This document shows positions 19,788-29,200 of a stretch of 64,000 nucleotides of DNA, piece after piece (position 1 is the stretch's first letter; the number at the start of each line of letters is the position of its first letter). The stretch is from positions 1,600,001 to 1,664,000 of the forward strand of contig CBDASK010000003.1 of NCBI GenBank assembly GCA_965199495.1, given 5' to 3'. Source of the stretch: Abditibacterium sp. (GTDB taxonomy: Bacteria > Armatimonadota > Abditibacteriia > Abditibacteriales > Abditibacteriaceae). Under the pieces are notes generated by a model. The model did not search any database. It was not told where the DNA came from and saw only the letters and a list, made by a program, of their open reading frames with translations. The position numbers and the translations under genes were made by a program.

Positions 19788-21771
19788 TTTCCAACATCGT
19801 CTGAAACTCGGATTCGGTCAAAACCGTGACGCCCAACAATTTCGCTTTGGTCAGCTTGCTGCCCGCTTTGTCGCCCGCGACGAGATAATCCAAGTTTTTC
19901 GAGACGCCGCTCGCCGCTTTGCCGCCGCGTTGCTCGACCAGACTCTGCGCCTGATCGCGCCCGTAAATCGTCAGCGCGCCGGTGAAACAGAACGATTTGC
20001 CCGCGAACTGCTGCGGATCGAAACTCGCCGCGCCCGATTTTTTGCCGCCCTCGCCCTGCGCGGCTTTGAGGCCGGTCACGCGCGCCAAAGCCAGCGCCGT
20101 CGCCGACAGAATATGCGCGCATGGGCCTTTTTTGAGTTTGTCGCGCCGAAAGTCGGCGCACGAACACTGCGCGAACGGCACGCGCCCGTCGGCATCCACA
20201 TCCACCGTCACGTCGAATTTGGCTTGATTGCGCGTCGAGCCGCGACTGTCCACGGTTGAGACCTGCGCCTGCAAACGCGTCAGACCTGCGCGCAAACCGA
20301 AATCGTCGTCTTCGCTGGCGTCTTTCCACTTGACGCCGCCCGCCGCCACGATGCGCCGCGCCAACTCGATTTTCGGATCGCGTTCGCCTTTCAAAGCTTG
20401 CGCGCCCGGCGGCAACAGTTTGCGCCAGCGATAAAACCCGCCAATCGCATCGAACATCGCGTCGCCATCGCGACAGATTTGCTGCAATGCCGCCGTCGCC
20501 GCCTCGCGCGATAAATCCGAGCGATTGGCCAACTCTTCGGGCGTGAGTTTGAGCGCGCTTTCCAATTGCCCGCGCGCCAGTTCAATATCGCCCGCCGTGA
20601 CCGGCGCCGTGGCTGCCAGCAGGTCGAAGCGCGCCGCGCTCGACCAATCATTTTTTGTCCAGCCACTCAAACCAACATCGAAGCGATGACTGTCCGCTTC
20701 GACGCTCCAAAAATGTGGCATGCCCGTGCCCAAAAGCCGAACTTGCACCGTTTGCGCATAAGCCAACAGCGATTCGATAGAAAACAAACGGCGCCGTCCC
20801 CACACGCGAATCTCCTGCGATTCGCCATTATAAACGTGATTATGCTCGACAATTTCAACATTCCACGGCTCTAAAACTATTTTCGGTTTGGCGCCATTTT
20901 CCAGCACGAATCGAATCGCGCGCGGCGATTCTTTTTCGCGGTCACGCCGCAAAACCATCAAGATTTCGGCGACCGTGGAGGCGCTCAAAGTCAAATCAAC
21001 GCCGGGCAAGGTGCCCGCCGACTGAACCTGCAAAAAGCCGCGCACCCACGAGGGCGGCAAATCAATTTTCTTTTCCACGCGCGTGCCCGCATCGGTGCCA
21101 ATCGAAACGCCGCCGCCCTCCACGCTCAAGCGCGCCGGACGATACGAGCGCACGCGCCGAATTTCGGCGGCCAAGGCCGCCGAAAAGTCCACGTTCGTGG
21201 TGCCAAACACGGTTTCGCCCTGCGTTTCCAGATTAGCGGCAGCGACCGTCACGCGGCCATATGAGCTTTCGTCCTGCGAGAAAACCTCGAAAATCGTGGC
21301 ATCGGGATGAACCGAAACGACCGGATCGAGAATGACCCACAGCGCGAAATCGCGCGAGTAAAGCCACTTCCAATAGCGCTTTTTGGCGCCCCATAATTGC
21401 GTCGAACCCAAATCTCTGCGAAACGGCGCGGCCTCGTCATTAAGCGTTTGGATTTGCCCTTTGAGTGCTTCGCGCCGCTCGGTTTGCGCGGGCAATTGTT
21501 GGCGGCGCGCTTCGAGTTGCGGCGACAATTCCTTGAGATATTCGCCGCGCACCCATTCTTGATAAGCCGTGTGGTCTTTGGCGGCAAAGCGCAAATCGGA
21601 GCCGACGACCTCGAATAATGCCAACATCGCGCGCGCATAAGCGGGCGAATTTTTGATCGTCGCGCTCAGTCGCACGGCGGGGCGGCCCTGTTGCGCGGCC
21701 AGAGAAAAAGCCATCGCGTCGCCCGCGTCAGCCACGGCGGACGGGCGGGCATAAGTTTGAGTGATCCACAT
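19783..21771 (-). CDS. SWIM zinc-finger protein with C-terminal BRCT domain (retron-associated)
   Basis: SWIM motif CSC...GPCAH near 20112-20170. The C-terminus FAGKSFCFTGAL...GGKAASGVSKNLDYLVAGDKAGSKLTKAKLLGV is a LigA/RFC-type BRCT. N-terminal motifs LDPVVSVHPD..FEVFSQDESSYG and SWVRGFLQVQSA. Confidence 0.85.
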   Translation of the reverse strand: MWITQTYARPSAVADAGDAMAFSLAAQQGRPAVRLSATIKNSPAYARAMLALFEVVGSDLRFAAKDHTAYQEWVRGEYLKELSPQLEARRQQLPAQTERREALKGQIQTLNDEAAPFRRDLGSTQLWGAKKRYWKWLYSRDFALWVILDPVVSVHPDATIFEVFSQDESSYGRVTVAAANLETQGETVFGTTNVDFSAALAAEIRRVRSYRPARLSVEGGGVSIGTDAGTRVEKKIDLPPSWVRGFLQVQSAGTLPGVDLTLSASTVAEILMVLRRDREKESPRAIRFVLENGAKPKIVLEPWNVEIVEHNHVYNGESQEIRVWGRRRLFSIESLLAYAQTVQVRLLGTGMPHFWSVEADSHRFDVGLSGWTKNDWSSAARFDLLAATAPVTAGDIELARGQLESALKLTPEELANRSDLSREAATAALQQICRDGDAMFDAIGGFYRWRKLLPPGAQALKGERDPKIELARRIVAAGGVKWKDASEDDDFGLRAGLTRLQAQVSTVDSRGSTRNQAKFDVTVDVDADGRVPFAQCSCADFRRDKLKKGPCAHILSATALALARVTGLKAAQGEGGKKSGAASFDPQQFAGKSFCFTGALTIYGRDQAQSLVEQRGGKAASGVSKNLDYLVAGDKAGSKLTKAKLLGVTVLTESEFQTMLES

Positions 21772-21812
21772 AATAAATTGGGGGAGGTTTGGGGGGTTTC
21801 TATCTATTCTCG

Positions 21813-21993
21813 TCGCGCATCAGCTCCGCACCCCCTCTGTCCTTCGGACATCTCCCCCTCCGAAAGGGGGAGAAAGCGTCGTTACCCTCGACATCGCCAC
21901 AACCCGCGCTATTAATGAACGGTAAAAGCGCCTCTCCCCCTTTCGGAGGGGGAGATGTCCGAAGGACAGAGGGGGTGCGGAGCTGATGCGCGA
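21813..21993. repeat. Palindromic REP-like element, family B
   Basis: Near-perfect inverted arms of about 60 bp (TCGCGCATCAGCTCCGCACCCCC.../...GGGGGTGCGGAGCTGATGCGCGA). Confidence 0.9.
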
Positions 21994-22009
21994 TTCAATT
22001 AAAGAATTC

Positions 22010-25000
22010 CTAAATCGCACCCACGCCTCCGACTTCGACGCCCGCGACCTCGTTTTCCATCGCGCGCCGTGCCAACTGTTCCAACGCCCAATCGGCGTCG
22101 CGCGGCGTTTTGCCGCGCGCCAATTCCAACAGCGTGGCGTCATCGGGCAACGGTGCGCCCTGCGCGCGCCGCGTTTGCACCAAACTCTTCGCCCGGCGCG
22201 CGCGATTGCGCCCACGCAAAACCGCGCGGTCAAATTCGAGCGGTTCGGCCTTATCGCTCGTTTGCGCGTCGCGATTCAACAACAATTGTGCCACGAAACT
22301 CTGCATTTCGGCATTGGGATTTTCTTCCAACTTTTCCAACAATCCATCGCCCAATAGCGCGTCCAAACGCGCCTCGGTGAACTCGCGACCAAACTCGCGC
22401 ACGCGCAAATGCGGGCTGTCGCACAGCGCCAACGCCAGATGCGCGAGGTTTTCCGTGCGCGAATCGAACCAATGTTTGGCTGCGTCCATCGCATCGCGCA
22501 AATCCGATTCGAGCAAACGCAATGCGATTGGCACGCTCAAACCGCGCCCGGCCAACACGCGCAAACCAAAGGCGCGCACGGCGGGCAAAGGATGAATCGC
22601 GGCTTCGATGGCGGTTTCGCCGTCCAATTCGCGCGCACCGAGCCACAACAAAATTAGCGGTTCGAGCGACGGATCGTCGAAGGGCGTAACGTCGCTTTCG
22701 AGCGCGCCGAAAGTCCCGGCGAAATCGGCATCGTCAATCAAGCGCGCGCGCAGCAAACCGCCATCGAACGAGAACGAACGCGCCGCTTCCCAGAACGCGG
22801 CGCGGCGCTCAACATCATTTTGCAAAACCTGCAACAAAGCCGGGCGCCACGTTTGCCAGACCGCATCGGGCACGCTGGCGATCAGGCTCAGCAGCAAACT
22901 GAGCGCGAGTTGTCCGGCGGCTCCGGCGAAGGTGGCCGAAACGAGCGGATCGTTGAAAGTGCGCGCGCGCAACTGTTCGATGTTGGGGTTTTTGCCGTCC
23001 AAGAACTCCTGCACCGCGCGCCAAAAACCCGCCGCGACCTCGGCATGCGGCGCAATCGCCGCCACAAACGCGGGCTTCCACTCGTTCCATTTGGCGTCGG
23101 GCAAATTGGCGATGGTTTCGACCACGATCTTCGCTGGCAAAAAAATCGCGTAAGCGCCAAAAACCGCGCCCGGCACGCCGGAATTGGTGTAGTAAGCGCC
23201 CGCATCCGAGCCGACGAATTCGCCGCTCCAACGCGGACGAACTTCGCGCCAATCGAGCGCGCCGCGCACCAGACAGGCGCGCGCATCGGCGCTGTTCAAA
23301 GCGTCTTGCAACGCGTCCGAAATGCGCCAGTTAATGGTGCGCGCGCTCCAATCGTAACTTTGCGCCAGGCCGCGCAGCAAACTCAGCCACACGCCGCTCA
23401 AAGTCGCGCTCGCAGTCCGCGACGCCGCAACCAACAGCCACGCCGCCGCGCGCTCCGGGCCAGAACTGGCGCGCACGGCCTTGTCAATTTGTTCTTTACT
23501 AAAATCGGCGCGCGCCGCGCTTTCGAGTAGCGCATCCAAAACGGCGGCATTGGCCACGCCAAACGGCACGAGCGGCAAAACCTGCGCGGCGCTCAGGCGG
23601 CGGCAGAACTGCGCGCCCAACGCTTTGAGCGGCGCCTCGCTCGAACCCAAAAGCGTTCGCAAAATCGGCAAAGCGCCGTCGGCGCGAAACTCTGGGTCGG
23701 ATAAATCGAAGCGCGCCACCAACAACAGCGCGATTTCGCGCGCGCGGCGCGTCAACGACGAAACCTTGACGCGCCGCCCGAATTTGTCGCGCTCGACGGG
23801 CAACGATTGCCCCAGAAAACTCGCCAGTTCGGTCGCGATTTGCGGCGAAGTCCCGGCGCGCTCCAGCAGTTCGCGCCGCTTCGACGCGCTCAAAACGCAC
23901 AGCGCGCCCGCAATCGCGCGCGGCGAAAGCGAGGACGCATCCGCCGCCAGAGCCGCGCGCGCGCCGATAACGCGCAAGTTGGGCCACGACGACGACACGT
24001 AACTCTCGATTTGCGCCGCCGACAAAGGCGCCGTGGCTGCTGTTACCTGGCGCGCCAGATGAACGACCGGCGCCGTCACGCTGTTGCCGACCAAAGCGCG
24101 CAAAATTTCGGGATGCGCGTCCCACGCGGCGGGCGCGCGCTCGACGCGGCGCCCGATGACGAGCGCATCAGCGTCGCGTTTAGTTAGGTAGGCACCGCGC
24201 CCGTGCGAGGCTTGAACCCAATTCGGATGGTGAGCCGCGACCAAATCGGCGGCAATCCAATTGTCGTCCCAGTTCAAATTGGGGCGCGCCGAGATTTCCT
24301 GAAAAAACGCGCTCGCCAACGTCGTGAAAGCGGCGGCGTCGGTTTGCGACAATTGGCGCAACAGGCGGCGTCCGCGCCGTTTGAGATAAGCGAACGTCGC
24401 GGGCGCGGGCGGCTTGCCGATTTCCTGCGCTTTGGCCGGGTCGGAAATATCGAACAAACGCAGACCGCCGCGCGTGGCGAGATAGAGCAGTTCGCCGACC
24501 AGCTCGACCGACGTAATTTCGTTGTAAGCGAACGCACCCAAATCGCATTCGCCCTGCAACTTCGGCGCATTGGGATTGGATAAATCAACCAGACGAAATT
24601 TAAATTCGTAATTCCCGTTGCTCCAGGTTTGGCACAGCACGGCGGCGCGATTATGGTCGCAACTCAAGCGATTGGCGCCATCTAATTTCAGATTGCCAAC
24701 TTCGCGCGGTTTACCTAAATCGCTCAAATCGTAGACGAGCAGTTGGCCGTTGGTAACGCTTACCCAATGTTGCCCGATGGGCTGCAAAGTGGTGGAATAT
24801 TCGCTGCTTAATTTTCCCGCCAGGCGCGGATTGTTTGGGTCGGACAAATCGGCGAACTGCAACTCGTAACGCACACCGCGCGATTGATAATTGTAAATCA
24901 TCGCCGCCGCGAAATTAGAGCCGCCGATAAGTCCATAATACGACTGAACGAATTCGCAACTGCCGATTTCAACTAAATCGCCGTCGCGCGCCTCGCGAAC

Positions 25001-25555
25001 GCGCAGCGTCGTGCCGTCCAAACCGATTACGCGACCGTCCGCGATGGCCGTGCCGTAAGAGCTGGAGTTAAATTCACCATCGAACGACGGTTGCGCGGGG
25101 TTGGCCAAATTCAAACGCCAGATTCTGCCGTTGCTGCGCACCCACAACCAGCCACCGGAAACGATAACTTCGCTCGGCAACGGATCGGTCAACGCGGGCG
25201 TCCAGGTCGCGACCAAACGCGGATGAACCGGCTGGCTCAAATCGTAAGTTTGCAGCTCGCGCCCGCTCGCCCAAAGATAAGCGAAACCGTTATGCAGGCA
25301 CATCGCGCCGAAATTGCCCGCGACGGCGACGTTTTGACTTTTGCTCGCGTTTTCCAGCGGTTGCGCGTCCAAACGCCCCAGCAATGCCGCCACAACTTCG
25401 GGTTCGCGCGCGCCGTTCACATACGCGGCTTCGGCCTCTTTATAGAGGCGCTTAAAAGTTTGCCACGGCCCGTAAACCAGCGGCGTTTCGCGAATCCAGT
25501 GAATGAGTTCGGCGCGCGTGGCTGCATCGGCGGGCGGAAACGAAGGCGAAAACAT
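22010..25555 (-). CDS. Large alpha-helical (ARM/HEAT-like) protein with an inserted LVIVD-repeat beta-propeller (retron-associated)
   Basis: 1181 aa with six D-L/I-S-x-P repeats at about aa 100-380. The remainder is Ala/Leu-rich and helical with HEAT-like C-terminal units (HPLPAVRAFG, DSPHLRVREFG). Co-oriented with the SWIM and RT genes. Confidence 0.75.
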   Translation of the reverse strand: MFSPSFPPADAATRAELIHWIRETPLVYGPWQTFKRLYKEAEAAYVNGAREPEVVAALLGRLDAQPLENASKSQNVAVAGNFGAMCLHNGFAYLWASGRELQTYDLSQPVHPRLVATWTPALTDPLPSEVIVSGGWLWVRSNGRIWRLNLANPAQPSFDGEFNSSSYGTAIADGRVIGLDGTTLRVREARDGDLVEIGSCEFVQSYYGLIGGSNFAAAMIYNYQSRGVRYELQFADLSDPNNPRLAGKLSSEYSTTLQPIGQHWVSVTNGQLLVYDLSDLGKPREVGNLKLDGANRLSCDHNRAAVLCQTWSNGNYEFKFRLVDLSNPNAPKLQGECDLGAFAYNEITSVELVGELLYLATRGGLRLFDISDPAKAQEIGKPPAPATFAYLKRRGRRLLRQLSQTDAAAFTTLASAFFQEISARPNLNWDDNWIAADLVAAHHPNWVQASHGRGAYLTKRDADALVIGRRVERAPAAWDAHPEILRALVGNSVTAPVVHLARQVTAATAPLSAAQIESYVSSSWPNLRVIGARAALAADASSLSPRAIAGALCVLSASKRRELLERAGTSPQIATELASFLGQSLPVERDKFGRRVKVSSLTRRAREIALLLVARFDLSDPEFRADGALPILRTLLGSSEAPLKALGAQFCRRLSAAQVLPLVPFGVANAAVLDALLESAARADFSKEQIDKAVRASSGPERAAAWLLVAASRTASATLSGVWLSLLRGLAQSYDWSARTINWRISDALQDALNSADARACLVRGALDWREVRPRWSGEFVGSDAGAYYTNSGVPGAVFGAYAIFLPAKIVVETIANLPDAKWNEWKPAFVAAIAPHAEVAAGFWRAVQEFLDGKNPNIEQLRARTFNDPLVSATFAGAAGQLALSLLLSLIASVPDAVWQTWRPALLQVLQNDVERRAAFWEAARSFSFDGGLLRARLIDDADFAGTFGALESDVTPFDDPSLEPLILLWLGARELDGETAIEAAIHPLPAVRAFGLRVLAGRGLSVPIALRLLESDLRDAMDAAKHWFDSRTENLAHLALALCDSPHLRVREFGREFTEARLDALLGDGLLEKLEENPNAEMQSFVAQLLLNRDAQTSDKAEPLEFDRAVLRGRNRARRAKSLVQTRRAQGAPLPDDATLLELARGKTPRDADWALEQLARRAMENEVAGVEVGGVGAI

Positions 25556-25558
25556 GAT

Positions 25559-25608
25559 AAAAAAGGAGCCATCAAAAACGCGCGCATTTGCGGGTTTTTG
25601 ATGGCTTC
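25559..25608 (-). terminator. Terminator-like hairpin between the ncRNA array and the first protein gene
   Basis: Stem GGAGCCATCAAAAAC/GTTTTTGATGGCTTC followed on the minus strand by T6, ending 3 nt before the ATG at 25555. Confidence 0.6.
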
Positions 25609-25621
25609 AAAACTCCGATTC

Positions 25622-25897
25622 TGAACCGGGGACGAGCCAACTCGACGAAAACGAAAAGCGCCACAAAACAAAAGGAGACCGGCGGCGTTCACTGTAGCGA
25701 TGTACGGGGCCGACGCGAAATTTGGCCCGTGCGCCTACGGACTCAGCGCGGTGCAAAGTTTCGCGTCGGCCCCGTATATCGCGAAAACGCAACGGCGTGC
25801 CGGTGACGTATGACGGGCTTCACTTCGACCGCGACGAATCATCGCAGAGATGCTGGCCACTTTTCTAATTTCGCGGATTTGTCCCGTCGCCGGTTCA
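25622..25897 (-). ncRNA. Retron-like msr/msd ncRNA, downstream unit of the tandem pair
   Basis: Closing inverted arms 25622-25663 / 25854-25897, AGCAU at the end of the 5' arm (candidate branching G at 25853), a small msr hairpin, and a long hairpin 25697-25782 with G.T pairs on the + (cDNA) strand. Confidence 0.8.
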
Positions 25898-25925
25898 AAA
25901 ACGGCGTCGGAACCGGGAAAATTTC

Positions 25926-26166
25926 ACCAACGGAAACGAGCGAGTTTTCACTTAACAAGAGGAGACCGGCGGCGTTCACTGTAGCGATGTACGCAGTAGT
26001 GCGGAGTGGTGGCCCGTGCGCTTGCGGACTCAGCGCGGTGCCATCACTCCGCACTACTGCGTATATCGCGAAAACGCAACGGCGTGCCGGTGACGTGTAA
26101 CGGGCTTCACTTCAATCGCGACGAAACATCGCGCAAAATGCTGAAGAACTCGCTCGCCTCGTTGGT
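25926..26166 (-). ncRNA. Retron-like msr/msd ncRNA, promoter-proximal unit of the tandem pair
   Basis: Closing arms 25926-25950 / 26142-26166 pair with G.U on the minus strand. AGCAU gives a candidate branching G at 26141. Long hairpin 25984-26069. Confidence 0.82.
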
Positions 26167-26174
26167 TGCCTTAA

Positions 26175-26203
26175 ATCTTAACCGATTGCTTGCGACTTCA
26201 CAA
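26175..26203 (-). promoter_or_regulatory. Putative sigma70 promoter of the retron ncRNA array/operon
   Basis: The minus strand reads TTGTGA-N17-TAAGAT. The predicted start site falls at the 5' closing arm of the first ncRNA unit. Confidence 0.6.
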
Positions 26204-26227
26204 GGGCAAATGAAAACATTTTAAGAG

Positions 26228-29200
26228 TTATTTTTTGCTCGCCAACTCATGTAACTCATTTTGCACCGGCGCGCGCACTCTGAGCTTTTGTTCTTTTTTA
26301 ATTTCGGTGTTTTCCCTCAGCAAATCGGTCAATTGAGGCGCACTGAGTGGCTGGGCGAAGAAATAGCCCTGACCGATGGCGCAACCCATTTCGCGCAGCT
26401 CGCCCAACTGTTCCGAAGTTTCGATGCCCTCGGCGGTGATTTCGATGCCCAATCCTTGCCCCAGCGTTTGCACGGCCTGCATGATGACCGAGCGTTCTTT
26501 TTTGGCTTTGCCGTTGCGCGTCACTTTGCCCATCGTCTGCACGAACGAGCGGTCAATTTTGAGCGAATCAATCGGAAAACGTTCGATGTAGGCCAGCGAC
26601 GAGTAGCCGGTGCCGAAATCGTCAATGGCGAGTTTGACGCCCAATTCGCGCAGTTTTTCCAAAACCACAATCGTCGAATCGGTGTCTTCCATGACGGCGG
26701 TTTCGGTGATTTCGAGTTCCAGACAAAATGCGGGCAGTTCGGTCTCTTCCAAAATATCGGCGACGATTTGCACGATGTCTGTGCTTTGAAACTGGCGCGC
26801 CGACATATTGACGCTCATCTTGAGCGGCCACAGCGACGGAAACTGGTTTTGCCACTTTTTGGCCTGTTGACAAGCCTCGCGCAAAACCCATTGGCCAATG
26901 GAAAGTATCATGCCGCTTTCTTCGGCAATCGGAATGAAATCGGTCGGCGAAATCAGACCTTTGTCGGGATGTTGCCAGCGCACTAAGGCTTCGGTGCCGA
27001 TGATGCGGTTGCTGTTCAAATCTATCAGTGGCTGGTAGTCGAGGCGCAACTGTTCCCACTTGACGGCCTGACGCAACTCGATTTCGAGTTGCAGACGACT
27101 GAGCGCGACAGCGCTCATTTTGACATCGAAAATTTCGTAGCGCGCCTTGCCTTTGTTCTTGGCGCGATACATCGCGATGTCGGCGTTGCGTAGCAAATCG
27201 CTGGCGCGGTCGTGGCGCGAAAAACTCATCGCCACGCCAATCGAAGCGGTGATCTCGAACTCGCGACCATCGAGAAAAATCGGCGCGCTCAGCGCCTCAA
27301 TTAAACGTTCGGTGATGGCGCGGGCATCGTCAATGCCGTTCAAATCTTCCAGCAATAAGGTGAATTCGTCGCCGCCAAAACGCGCGGCGGTATCGCCGGG
27401 CCGCAACGTTTCAAAGAGTCGCTTACCGATTTCTTGCAAGAGCGCGTCACCTTTTTCGTGGCCCATCGTGTCGTTGACGACTTTGAATCTGTCCAAATCG
27501 AAAAACAGAATCGCGAGGGCTTTGCCGCGCCGGTCTAAGCGCGCCAAACCCTGCTCGACACGGTTCATAAACAGCGAGCGATTGGGCAGTTCGGTGAGCG
27601 GGTCGTGAAACGCGCGATGTTCGAGTTGTTCCTCGTAACGCTTGCGCTCGGTGATGTCAGAGAATGTCCACACGCGCCCGAAACAGGGCACCTGCGCGGC
27701 TTCGCCCTCACTTTTTTGATTGGCACGCGCGCTTAGTTCGCGCGCAATCGGGGACAAGGCGGCGGGCGTGGCTCGTGCGGGCGCCGAGGTGCGCTCGAAG
27801 ATGCGACCATCGCGCAATCGGATTTCGTCGCGGCTCGACGAAGTGGGATTTTGGCGCAGCAAATTCATCTTTTCGACGAATTCTTCGGGCTGACACATCA
27901 GCGACAAAACGCACGCCATCAGTTGTCGCCGGGCGCGCAACTCTTCGACGAGGGCGGGCGGAATATGCCACATTTCGGCGAAGCGCGTGTTAAGCGAAAC
28001 CGCGTTGCCCTGCGCGTTCACCAGACAAATTCCGTCGGTGGAGGCCTCCTGCGTCGCCGCTAAAATCGCGTTAGAGCGCACAATCGCTTCCAGATGCCGC
28101 GCGCGTTCGGTGATGTCAACGGCCAAACCGCGCAGTCGCACCAGTTGCGTTCGCGTAACAGACTCGCCATTTTCGCCGCGCTCCACGATTTGTCTGGTTT
28201 CGGGCGTGACCAAAACGCGCAACCAGAACGCGCGTTTATCTTTGGCAATCGCGCGAAATTCGCATTGCCACGGTTCGGTCGAATCCGCGTTAGCCAGCAA
28301 CTGCGCATGGACGCGGCGCCGGTCGTCGGGATGCACGACGCGCAACCACAGACGATGGTCGGCCAACCACTGCGAAGCCGGATAGCCCAACCATTGCTCG
28401 ATGGGCTGCGACACAAATGTCGGGCGCCGCGTGCTGGCGTCGGCTTCCCAAACGATGCCGTCCACATCGTTGACCAAACCGCGATAACGAGTTTCGGCCT
28501 CGCGCGCGCCTTGCAGCAGACGGACGCCGCGCACAGCCACGGCGGCTTGCTCGCCCGCCATTAAGCACAAATGCGCGTGTTCCTGCGTCCAAACGAACGG
28601 TTTGGCGGCGGCAAAAAACAGGGCGCCCTGCTTCAAATCTTCGACGTGCAACGGCACCGACAACAGCGAACGAATCGGAAAATCAAAACCCGCGTCGCCG
28701 CTTCGCGCGTTGTCGAGCCAAATTTCTTCGCGCTCCAACGTCTCCCACAACGGACAATGAGGCGACGTTGCGCGCGTAATAATCTGGCGAAACGCGCCAT
28801 CCGCGCGATGCCCCACAACATCCAACGCGTCGCCGCGCCCGGCGCCCGGCAAAACTAAGAGCAGCGCTGTCACCGGCAACAACGGATGCAGATGTTCCCA
28901 AACCGCGCTGGCGATGGCGCTCAATTCGTTTTTGGAGTGGATGTTTTTGGCCAGCGAAATCAGCGTTTCGAGTTCGATTTGATGGCGCCTGCGCGCGGTA
29001 ATTTCGCGCGAAACCACGACAACGCGGCGCTCCTCGCCGGTTCCAATGCCGCGCAGCACCGACTCAAACCAGTGATACGCTCCGTTGCCCAACCCAAAAC
29101 GGTGTTCGATGCGCCCCACGCGCATACCGACCAGCGCCGCCGTATATTCGGCGATGACCGCGCCCAAATCTTCATCGGGCACGTTATCGAAAAAAGAAGT

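Noticed and set aside
25673..26131. CRISPR array interpretation of the repeat/variable/repeat pattern
   Set aside because: There are only two long units, the variable segments are 18-19 nt and pair with each other, and no cas genes are present.
25588..26224. Short ORFs over the ncRNA array (e.g. 25588-25806, 25810-26100, 25839-26054)
   Set aside because: No recognisable protein features; the conservation pattern is structural (compensatory), not codon-based.
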